NCBI GenBank assembly: GCA_007376345.1
Contig: VMGA01000002.1
Coordinates: forward strand, 8,309 to 72,308
From: Microgenomates group bacterium Gr01-1014_16
Lineage (GTDB): Bacteria; Patescibacteriota; Microgenomatia; CAZETR01; Amesbacteraceae
Reading direction: 5' to 3'
Length of the DNA stretch: 64,000 nucleotides
Below are positions 56,983 through 64,000 of the stretch, in pieces. The notes beneath the pieces were generated by a model. It made no database searches. It had not been told where the DNA came from and saw only the letters and a program-made list of their open reading frames with translations. The translations under genes were made by a program, and so were the position numbers. Numbering within the stretch: position 1 is the stretch's first letter; each line of letters begins with the position of its first letter.

Positions 56983-57447
56983 ATGAATATTCTGGTTGTC
57001 CTGGCCCTGACCCTGTTTTTGGCTGGCGGCTTTTTTCGCCAAACAAAAGCCATTTCTTCTCCTTCCGTTCCCACATCCACACCCACACCTTTCAGCTCGC
57101 CGGCCTTGCCTGCCGGCAGGCAGGAGCCAACGGCGGAGGCGGCCACCCCCATTCCCACTACTCCAGTTACAGTTACACCCCCGTCAGTTACATCGGATTG
57201 GCAATACCCGGGCGGCAGTCAAATTTCCGCCGGCGTTTACGAAAGTTCTGACCCCTCGGACAAAATAACCGATTGGTACCAGGACAAAATTAAGCAGCTC
57301 GGGTTAAATACCAAGACTTTTGTCCGCACCAAGACCAACGATCGCGTTCTCAACAAATTAGTCGCGGCAGGCATTTCTACAGAGATCAGGGTGGAAATTT
57401 CCAAAAATCCCTCCGACTCTTTAACCCGGATCACAGTCGACTATTGA
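56983..57447 (+). CDS. Hypothetical secreted protein
   Basis: A signal peptide followed by a Pro/Thr-rich linker. No recognisable motif. Confidence 0.35.
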   Translation: MNILVVLALTLFLAGGFFRQTKAISSPSVPTSTPTPFSSPALPAGRQEPTAEAATPIPTTPVTVTPPSVTSDWQYPGGSQISAGVYESSDPSDKITDWYQDKIKQLGLNTKTFVRTKTNDRVLNKLVAAGISTEIRVEISKNPSDSLTRITVDY

Positions 57448-57498
57448 CAACCCCTGATGCCTTGGATATCATTCGAACAAATATGCTGCCCATCATAA

Positions 57499-58131
57499 AT
57501 GACTACTCGTACCCTCAAACTCACCGAATTTTTTTCCTCTCTCCGTCGGTTGCGCCGGATTCCATTTAAAAAGTATCTTCCCCAATCTATAGTAGTTATT
57601 ACTGTCGCGATAACCCTTGGCCTCGTTGTCAAACTACTTACCCGCCCATCCCGGACCTCGTCTACCTCTTCAGTTCCCGCTTCCGATTCCCGGATTTCCA
57701 TTTTGGGCGCCAGAGCCTCCTCCCAGCTAAACCAAGAATTTTCCTTTCCTCTCAACTCTTCTGCCGGTTCTAAACTCACCGATATTAAATTCATTCTCGA
57801 ATCTGCCGAGCTCCGCGACGAAATCATTGTCAAAGGCAAACGGGCCACGGCTGTCCAAGGTCGGACCTTTCTCATCCTCAATCTCAAAATCTCAAGCGCC
57901 TATTCCCGGGCCTTAAATATCAACACCCAGGATTATTTCCGCCTGACCATGAATGACAAACCCGACCAGCTCTTGGCTCCTGATATTCACAACGATCCGG
58001 TTGTTGTCCAGCCGATTTCAACTAAACTCGCCCGTTTGGGCTTCCCCGTAAACGACACCGACAAAAATCTTACCCTCTGGGTGGGCGAGGTGGCCGGCGA
58101 AAAAACCCAGATCGACCTCAACTTGCAATGA
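57499..58131 (+). CDS. Hypothetical membrane-anchored protein (DUF4352-like beta domain)
   Basis: An N-terminal TM anchor followed by GKRATAVQGRTFLILNLKISS...DYFRLTMNDKPDQLLAP, an Ig-like DUF4352-style pattern. Confidence 0.35.
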   Translation: MTTRTLKLTEFFSSLRRLRRIPFKKYLPQSIVVITVAITLGLVVKLLTRPSRTSSTSSVPASDSRISILGARASSQLNQEFSFPLNSSAGSKLTDIKFILESAELRDEIIVKGKRATAVQGRTFLILNLKISSAYSRALNINTQDYFRLTMNDKPDQLLAPDIHNDPVVVQPISTKLARLGFPVNDTDKNLTLWVGEVAGEKTQIDLNLQ

Positions 58132-58322
58132 AAAAAACCTTAACCAACGAGATCCTTGCCTCTCTGGCTTCTGTGCAGGGTTACGGCAGTGTGGAAATTT
58201 TCGTTCACGACAGCAAAGTTACCCAGATTACCGTTAGAAATATCAAAAAAACCAACTCCCCGGTCCCAACTAACGGCCATCGCGTGAAAATGACTCTTGA
58301 CAAACCTATCTCATTATATTAA
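58128..58322 (+). CDS. Small DUF2292 (YezD)-like protein
   Basis: GYGSVEIFVHDSKVTQITVRNIKK matches the DUF2292 core GfGsvei.v.dgkvv.ie. It has an ATGA overlap with the upstream gene. Confidence 0.35.
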   Translation: MKKTLTNEILASLASVQGYGSVEIFVHDSKVTQITVRNIKKTNSPVPTNGHRVKMTLDKPISLY

Positions 58323-58382
58323 ACAACTACTCAACTAGTACAAAATAAATCTTTCTCTATTGGCCCTGGAGCTGGCCGCAAA

Positions 58383-58452
58383 CGGAGGCTTCTCTGTCCA
58401 AAGCACTTATTAAATTATAGGTGTATTTGGATCGAGGAGCCTCCGCTTTTTT
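58383..58452 (+). terminator. Long-loop hairpin followed by T6 after the DUF2292 gene
   Basis: cggaggcttctc (58383-58394) pairs with gaggagcctccg (58434-58445), followed by ctttttt. Confidence 0.35.
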
Positions 58453-58475
58453 ATAAATTTGGAGGAAGAAGTGCA

Positions 58476-58491
58476 CCCCTAAGCTTAGGGG
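58476..58491. promoter_or_regulatory. Perfect 16-bp palindrome CCCCTAAGCTTAGGGG, 35 bp upstream of the repeat-protein gene
   Basis: Read from the sequence. It is followed by aaagggggtga (SD-like) 12 nt before ATG 58527. Confidence 0.4.
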
Positions 58492-58526
58492 ATATTCCTA
58501 AAAAGAAAGGGGGTGATTATAGATAA

Positions 58527-59798
58527 ATGACTACATTTAGAAAACAAATAGTAGCTGCAGTTTCCGCCTCTGTCATGTTTTTAAGCATGGCCGCCCCGGT
58601 TTTTGCAGAAACTACCATAGTAATTTCCGGCAATGGAGCCAATTCGGATAGCAAAAGTGATGTCCAGTTTACTGGCGACACGACTGTTACCCAAACCAAC
58701 CAGGCTTCCATTTCCAACAACATTGACGCAGACGCTGATACCGGCAAAAACGACGCCAACCAGAATACGGGAGGCTCGGTTTTGGTCAAAACCGGTGACG
58801 CGACAACTGGTGTCAGTGTAGAAAACGTGGTCAACAGCAACCAGGCTTCTGTAGATTGTTGCACCGCTGGCGATACGGATATCGAAATCTCCGGCAACGG
58901 AGCTGATACGAAAAACGATGTCAAGCTCAAAAACGACGCTGACGTCTCTCTGTACCAGACCAACGAGGCTGATATTTACAACCGGGTTGATGCCGACGCC
59001 GATACGGGCAAAAACGATGCCAACCAGAATACGGGTGGCGATGTTGAAGTCAGGACAGGTGACGCCTCTACTTGGGTTGGGGTATCCAATACCGCCAACG
59101 CCAACTGGGCACAAATCGGAGACGGTGGCCAGGGCTCACTTTCCGCAAGGATTTTGGGCAATGGTTTCAATTCGGACAACAAAATAGATTTGGATTTGGA
59201 CAATGACACCACTTTGGTGCAAACCAATTTGGCGGACATCACCAACTACATCTATGCGGACGCTGATACAGGCAAAAACGACGCCAACCAGAATACGGGT
59301 GGCAGCGTTCTAGTCGATACTGGTGATGCCGAAACCGGTGTAGAAGTCGACAATTTGGTCAACTTCAACTGGGCCGATGTTGATTGCGGTGGCTGCGTCT
59401 TGGACCTTTTGGCCAAGGTAGCCGGCAACGGTGCTGATACGAAAAACGAGATCAAGCTCAAGCTTGATAACGATTTGGAAGTTTATCAGACCAACGTATG
59501 CGGTGACGAGGGACGGCCCTGGTTCGAACTTTGGGATTACCAAGGTTATGAAGAGGATTGTTCAACTCGCGTTGACGCAGACGCTGATACCGGCTCTAAC
59601 GACGCCAACCAAAACACTGGCGATCCGGAAGGGGATCCTTCCGTCTTAACCGGCGATTCTGCCTCGTTCGTCGAGGTGAGTAATTCCGGCAACGTCAACT
59701 CTTATGGAGTTGGTGGAGGAGAGTGGCCCGACTTTGATTTTGAGTTCAACCTTTCGTTGAACTTAAATGACTTGTTGAGCTTGCTCGACTTGATCTAA
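58527..59798 (+). CDS. Secreted protein built from four ~70-aa Asp-rich repeats
   Basis: A signal peptide (MTTFRKQIVAAVSASVMFLSMAAPVFA), then four repeats of the form GNGA(N/D)(S/T)..N....QTN.A.I.N..DADADTGKNDANQNTGG.V.V.TGDA.T.V.V.N. Confidence 0.6.
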   Translation: MTTFRKQIVAAVSASVMFLSMAAPVFAETTIVISGNGANSDSKSDVQFTGDTTVTQTNQASISNNIDADADTGKNDANQNTGGSVLVKTGDATTGVSVENVVNSNQASVDCCTAGDTDIEISGNGADTKNDVKLKNDADVSLYQTNEADIYNRVDADADTGKNDANQNTGGDVEVRTGDASTWVGVSNTANANWAQIGDGGQGSLSARILGNGFNSDNKIDLDLDNDTTLVQTNLADITNYIYADADTGKNDANQNTGGSVLVDTGDAETGVEVDNLVNFNWADVDCGGCVLDLLAKVAGNGADTKNEIKLKLDNDLEVYQTNVCGDEGRPWFELWDYQGYEEDCSTRVDADADTGSNDANQNTGDPEGDPSVLTGDSASFVEVSNSGNVNSYGVGGGEWPDFDFEFNLSLNLNDLLSLLDLI

Positions 59799-59864
59799 GG
59801 CTATATCTTGTGGGGTGGATCCGCTAGCACTTCAGCGGGACACCCTGCAAGTATAGAAAAAAAT

Positions 59865-61988
59865 ATGAAACTAAAAAAACTATTATCAATAATTGCCCTG
59901 ACGGCACTGTTTACAGTCCAGATTCTGCCTGTCTCTGCCCAGGAGGCTCCGCCCCAACCGCCTACTGCCCCCACCGCCCCGGTTGCGCCTACAGCCCCGC
60001 CCGCTCCTACTGCTCCTACCGCTCCTACTCCACCCCCGCCGCCCCCGCCACCTTTGCCCGCCGAAGCCTTGGCGGAGGAGGGTCCTTCCCCCACCGAAGT
60101 CCCCACTGCTTCTACCCAGTCAGAAGAGCCAACGAGCCTTCCCGAGGAAACTAGTGGCCAAACCCAGGACGGAAATTCAGGAGACACCAATATTACAACC
60201 GGCGACGCTAACAACTCCGGTGTAGTAGTGAGCGAGGCCAACAATAATTTATTGGCCGACTCCGGCCCCGGCATCCTGGAAGTGGTCAATGAGGGTAACG
60301 GTGCCGAGTCCCAAAATACCGGTTCAGTCACCGTAGCCGAGACGAACACTTCGGTTCAACAAAATGAAGCCGAGGTCCAAAATAATCTCGATTTAGGCAG
60401 CGTTACCGGCCAAAATTCAGCCTCTTACACTACCGGCGGCGACGCCAATATCAAAACCGGCGACGCCAACGTTTCCGGAACTGCCATTACCGCCGTAAAC
60501 ACCAATGTGGACGCCGTTTCCGTCTCCGAATTCAATATCGCCGACAACCACGTCGGAGACTATATTTTGGATTTTGCCGCCAACTGTGTCTCGGGTTGCA
60601 GCTCGGGTGATGCCGTCGCCAAAAATTCCGGCAATGGAGCCAACTCCGTCAACGACGCCGATATTTCCCAAGACGTAAATAACCTCGACTTCCAGTCCAA
60701 CTCGGCCACCGTCGGCAACTCCATGATCCTAAATGCCGACTCCGGCGCCAACCAGGCCAACTACCAAACCGGCGGGGATTCCAATATTACAACCGGTGAC
60801 GCCAACGTTTCCGCGTCCTCGCTGACTTTGGCCAATAACAACTTGAGTGGCAACGTCATTTACGGCGTAGTCAATATTTATGGGGACTTGATAGGGGACA
60901 TTATCTTTCCCGAGGAAGCCCTGGCCGGCTGCTGCGCTTCTTCGGCTACAGCTGCCAATATAGGAAACGGAGCTGATTCGACCAACACCGCCAACATCGA
61001 TTCCACTCTCACCGACTCCACCATCCAGAGTAACGACGTGGTTATCGAAAACACCCTCGTTCTGGACGCCGATACCGGTGCCAATAAGACTTCCGGCAAT
61101 ACCGGCGGCGACTCCGCCATTTCTACGGGCGATTCCAACGTTACCGCCCAGGTCTTAAACGTCGCCAATTCCAACATTTCCGGCGGTACCTGGTGGCTGG
61201 TTTTGGTCAACGAAGCCGGCCAGTGGATAGGCCGCATTTTAGGCGCACCCGTTGGCGCCAATTATGCCGGCTCGGCTGACACCCAATTCACAGTCGGCCA
61301 GTCCGGAGAAATTACCGCCGTCAACTCCGGCAACGGTTCCGGCTCCACCAATGATGCCAATGTCTCCCAAACCACGACTAACACCACGGTCCAGACAAAT
61401 TCCGCTACCGTCCAAAACGACCTGAAATTAACTGCCAACACCGGCGGTAATTCTGCTTCTTACAATACCAACGGCGATTCCAATATCCAAACCGGCGACG
61501 CCACTATCATGGCCAATATCGTCAACTTTGTGAACAACAATGTCACCGGCGGCGGCAAATTATTTGTCACAGTCGTCAACGTCTTTGGCAGCTGGCTAGG
61601 TGACTTTGTCACTCCCGGCAGCCATAAAACACCTCCAGTCGCAGAAGTTCCCGCACCCGCCCCAGAACCAGCTGTTGGCGGGGCCGAAATTCCTGCCGTC
61701 CAATCTTCTACATCTAATCCCTCTGATTCCTCTAATTCATCTAACTCCTCTCCTTCCGTTGCTTCCGTATCAGTTCAATCCCGCGTCATCCGCCGCCGCG
61801 TCGCCGGCCTTTCCACCTCTTTCCCTTCAGTCGAATCTCCAGTCCTCGCGTCCGAATCCGTTGTTTCTCCCGACCCCGGTCCCGCCCGCAATAAAGTTCG
61901 CATCAACCTCGCCTGGCTCCTTTTAGGCCTCCCCTTACTCCTGCCCGTTTACCTCCGCTTCCGCCGTCCCCGCATCGTCCAGGTTTGA
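59865..61988 (+). CDS. Secreted paralogous repeat protein with a Pro-rich linker, four ~75-aa GNGA.S...QTN/QNN...TGG..NI.TGDANV repeats and a C-terminal hydrophobic plus basic tail
   Basis: The start is at MKLKKLLSIIALTALFTV. The linker is QEAPPQPPTAPTAPVAPTAPPAPTAPTAPTPPPPPPPP. The repeats are separated by VVN..G.W.G.I segments. The C-terminus is LAWLLLGLPLLLPVYLRFRRPRIVQV. Confidence 0.6.
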   Translation: MKLKKLLSIIALTALFTVQILPVSAQEAPPQPPTAPTAPVAPTAPPAPTAPTAPTPPPPPPPPLPAEALAEEGPSPTEVPTASTQSEEPTSLPEETSGQTQDGNSGDTNITTGDANNSGVVVSEANNNLLADSGPGILEVVNEGNGAESQNTGSVTVAETNTSVQQNEAEVQNNLDLGSVTGQNSASYTTGGDANIKTGDANVSGTAITAVNTNVDAVSVSEFNIADNHVGDYILDFAANCVSGCSSGDAVAKNSGNGANSVNDADISQDVNNLDFQSNSATVGNSMILNADSGANQANYQTGGDSNITTGDANVSASSLTLANNNLSGNVIYGVVNIYGDLIGDIIFPEEALAGCCASSATAANIGNGADSTNTANIDSTLTDSTIQSNDVVIENTLVLDADTGANKTSGNTGGDSAISTGDSNVTAQVLNVANSNISGGTWWLVLVNEAGQWIGRILGAPVGANYAGSADTQFTVGQSGEITAVNSGNGSGSTNDANVSQTTTNTTVQTNSATVQNDLKLTANTGGNSASYNTNGDSNIQTGDATIMANIVNFVNNNVTGGGKLFVTVVNVFGSWLGDFVTPGSHKTPPVAEVPAPAPEPAVGGAEIPAVQSSTSNPSDSSNSSNSSPSVASVSVQSRVIRRRVAGLSTSFPSVESPVLASESVVSPDPGPARNKVRINLAWLLLGLPLLLPVYLRFRRPRIVQV

Positions 61989-62023
61989 TACATTTTCAAC
62001 TAAAAACATCTATTAAGTGACAG

Positions 62024-62051
62024 TTGACACGTGCTATAAGCTTTCTATAAA
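62024..62051 (+). promoter_or_regulatory. Sigma70-like promoter with the -10 box 10 nt before the ATG (near-leaderless)
   Basis: TTGACA (62024-62029), a 16-nt spacer, TATAAA (62046-62051), then 10 nt to ATG 62062. Confidence 0.55.
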
Positions 62052-62061
62052 ACTATAGGCG

Positions 62062-63426
62062 ATGCGCCGTCCTGCCCTCGGTATTCTGATTATTGTCATC
62101 GGAACTGTCTCGATTCTCCGCCTGACATCGGCCTTTTTCTCCGACACCGAAACCTCCTCCGACAACACTCTCCAAGCCGGCGAACTTGATTTAAAGATCG
62201 ATAATACAAGCTATTACAACGAGGCCTCCAGTTCAGCCACCACCTGGCCATCGGACAATCTTCCCGGCCATCTTTTCTTCGATTTTAATGATCTAAAGCC
62301 CGGCGACCGGGGCGAAGACACTATTAGCCTGTCAGTCCAAAATCCCGCCTGGGCCTGCATGAAAATCAAGATCACCCAAAACACCGACGAAAGTTGTACC
62401 GAACCGGAAATCATCAACGATCCTAGTTGTCCTGACACCGGCGACCTGGCTCAACAACTCAACTTCGTCTTCTGGGCCGACGACGGCGACAACATCCATC
62501 AACTTAATGAACCCGTTATCAAAGAGGGGACTGCATCAGCAATTTTTAATGACGATACCTGGACGTTGGCTGATTCATTGTTCAGTGTCTGGCCCACCCC
62601 TGGGCCTATTCCCGCCAGCGAGACCCGTTACATAGGTAAGTACTGGTGTTTCGGCATACTATCTCCGTCAGCCAATCCTCCAGGCTTCTCTTGTGACGGC
62701 CAAAATCTAAATAACTCCGCCCAGTCGGACAAGGTTATGGCCGATGTGGAATTTACCGCCATCCAATCCCGCCACAACCCCGGTTTTTTATGCAATGGCA
62801 GTATCACTCCCACCCCTCCCATCATCTCTCCCACTATCACCCCCACTCCAACTCCCTTAGCCTGTAACCAAGCCGACGTTATGCTCGTTCTCGATCGCTC
62901 CGGCAGTATCAACTCAACTGAATTGGCTCAGCTCAAAACCGCCTCCAAAGCCTTTGTGGACGACCTCGGCCTGTCTTCGTCCGGCATCCACGCTGGCATG
63001 TCCAGTTTTGCCACCTCCGGCACTCTTAACCACATTCTCTCGTCCAACTCAATCACCATCAAAGCCGCCATCGACCTGCTTGTTTCGGGTGGGTTTACCA
63101 ATCTCAAATCAGGCATTGACATAGCAGCCGGCGAGTTAGCCGGAGTTAACGACCGCCCCGACGGTTCCTCGCCGGATAAAATGATTGTGATAACCGACGG
63201 CCACCCCAACCGTCCCCTGCCCGAATCCACCGCCGATGACGTTGCTGCTACTTCCGCCGATGCGGCCCGCGCCGCCGGCTCCGAAATCTTTGTCGTGGGC
63301 GTCGGCTCCGACGTGGACGCAACATATCTCCAAAACGAAATTGCCGACGACGCCGGCCACTACTTCCCTATTTCAAATTACAGCGACCTGCAAACCGCGT
63401 TACAAAATCTCGACCTATGCGATTAA
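62062..63426 (+). CDS. TasA/camelysin-like (SipW-cognate signal peptide) protein fused to a C-terminal von Willebrand factor A domain
   Basis: The N-terminus LRLTSAFFSDTETSSDNTLQAGELDLK is the SipW-cognate-class signal / peptidase M73-like pattern AFFSDTE...N.f.aG.LdL. The C-terminus DVMLVLDRSGSI is a VWA MIDAS DxSxS motif, with further MIDAS residues downstream (TDG...). Confidence 0.6.
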   Translation: MRRPALGILIIVIGTVSILRLTSAFFSDTETSSDNTLQAGELDLKIDNTSYYNEASSSATTWPSDNLPGHLFFDFNDLKPGDRGEDTISLSVQNPAWACMKIKITQNTDESCTEPEIINDPSCPDTGDLAQQLNFVFWADDGDNIHQLNEPVIKEGTASAIFNDDTWTLADSLFSVWPTPGPIPASETRYIGKYWCFGILSPSANPPGFSCDGQNLNNSAQSDKVMADVEFTAIQSRHNPGFLCNGSITPTPPIISPTITPTPTPLACNQADVMLVLDRSGSINSTELAQLKTASKAFVDDLGLSSSGIHAGMSSFATSGTLNHILSSNSITIKAAIDLLVSGGFTNLKSGIDIAAGELAGVNDRPDGSSPDKMIVITDGHPNRPLPESTADDVAATSADAARAAGSEIFVVGVGSDVDATYLQNEIADDAGHYFPISNYSDLQTALQNLDLCD

Positions 63427-63496
63427 TTAAATTATTAAATTATTGAACATTGATTATTGAACATTGATTATTAAAGAGAGAGGGGGTGAATAACGA

Positions 63497-64000
63497 ATGA
63501 AGAAAATATTACTAGGCTTATTAGTCACCGGAGCTGTCGGCGGAGTGGCATTTTATGCCACCAACGCCTTCTTCTCCGACACCGAAACATCAACGGGAAA
63601 CACCTTGCAAGCTGGTGCAATCGATCTCAAAGTAGATAACACTTGTTACTACAATGGGCAGGCATGTACTCAAGGCCCTGATGATAGATTCTACTGGGGA
63701 GGACTACCCAATCATCCCAGCCCAACACCAGCCACAAATCTCTGTTCATGTACCTGGAAATCTAAAAATCTTGAAGAAGGCGATCTATTTTTTGATATTG
63801 AAGATATCAAACCAGGAGACTGGGAAGAGGACACAATCAGCCTAACAGTTGAAAATAACGAGGCTTGGCTTTGTGCAGACGTTCATTTAACAAGTGATGA
63901 CGACGTAACCTGCACCGAACCCGAATCTGAGACAGGTCTTGCCGACCCCGAGTGTAGCGCTCCAACGCCTTCGCCAGGTACGGGCGAACTTGCCGATAGA
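63497..64000 (+). CDS. Second TasA/camelysin-like protein, 3' end truncated by the window edge
   Basis: Hand translation from ATG 63497 gives MKKILLGLLVTGAVGGVAFYATNAFFSDTETSTGNTLQAGAIDLKVDNTCYYNG.... The SD gagagggggtga lies 8 nt upstream. There is no stop inside the window. Confidence 0.55.
   Translation, partial: MKKILLGLLVTGAVGGVAFYATNAFFSDTETSTGNTLQAGAIDLKVDNTCYYNGQACTQGPDDRFYWGGLPNHPSPTPATNLCSCTWKSKNLEEGDLFFDIEDIKPGDWEEDTISLTVENNEAWLCADVHLTSDDDVTCTEPESETGLADPECSAPTPSPGTGELADR

Noticed and set aside
57441-57887. 148-aa minus-strand ORF
   Set aside because: It overlaps the plus-strand gene 57499-58131, which has a TM anchor and a DUF4352-like domain pattern. The minus-strand product is Arg/Ser-rich without features.
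59808-59864. Upstream extension MWGGSASTSAGHPASIEKN of the second repeat protein
   Set aside because: The signal peptide begins at MKLKKLLSII (59865). The extension lacks a hydrophobic core and starts at a non-optimal context.
59940-60060. GC-rich periodic gccccnaccgc tract that superficially resembles a repeat array
   Set aside because: It encodes the poly-Pro/Ala/Thr linker (PTAPTAPVAPTAPPAPTAPTAP PPPPPPPP) of the second repeat protein. It is not a CRISPR array or a noncoding array.

Overview
The window is 64 kb of a compact bacterial genome. About 70 genes are tightly packed, with many 4-bp ATGA overlaps, and they use the standard genetic code: TGA, TAA and TAG all occur as stops, and an unframeshifted RF2 gene is present. 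The left third, on the minus strand, carries a small accessory island followed by housekeeping genes. The island holds an AbiEii-like nucleotidyltransferase, three Fic-family genes (one with a degenerate Doc-like motif) and a peptidase S51-like gene. The housekeeping genes are secA, an ABC exporter, serS, a CYTH protein, an HD protein, lysS and greA, then a tRNA-Glu. The middle, on the plus strand, is a type IV pilus cluster: pilB, pilC and at least five pilin or pseudopilin genes. It is followed by an L,D-transpeptidase, a PAP2 phosphatase, lon, typA, an ECF-like sigma factor, a HhH-GPD glycosylase, nrnA, prfB, an EamA transporter, a TlyA-like methyltransferase and ftsE-ftsX with an EnvC-like M23 gene. 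Four type II toxin-antitoxin pairs are interspersed: two VapBC-like, HicBA and HEPN/MNT. The right third is a surface-polymer and appendage region. It contains a 1333-aa fused GT2 / flippase-like / GT4 protein, further glycosyltransferases, a deacetylase, an acetyltransferase and two GT-C-like membrane proteins. It also has a sortase with an LATTG-type substrate, two large Asp-rich repeat proteins and two TasA/camelysin-like proteins, one fused to a VWA domain. No rRNA, CRISPR array, transposase or integrase was found. Gene content (small proteins, type IV pili, few SD sequences, many start codons 6-10 nt after a -10-like box) suggests a reduced-genome lineage such as Patescibacteria/CPR; this is inference only. 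The most unusual items are the triple-domain glycosyltransferase fusion, an apparently circularly permuted M23 domain and a conserved hairpin/SD/GTG module before two pilin genes. Also unusual are two toxin-type cassettes flanked by about 20-bp direct repeats that recreate the C-termini of the interrupted host genes, and a covarying 12-bp-stem hairpin element present twice.
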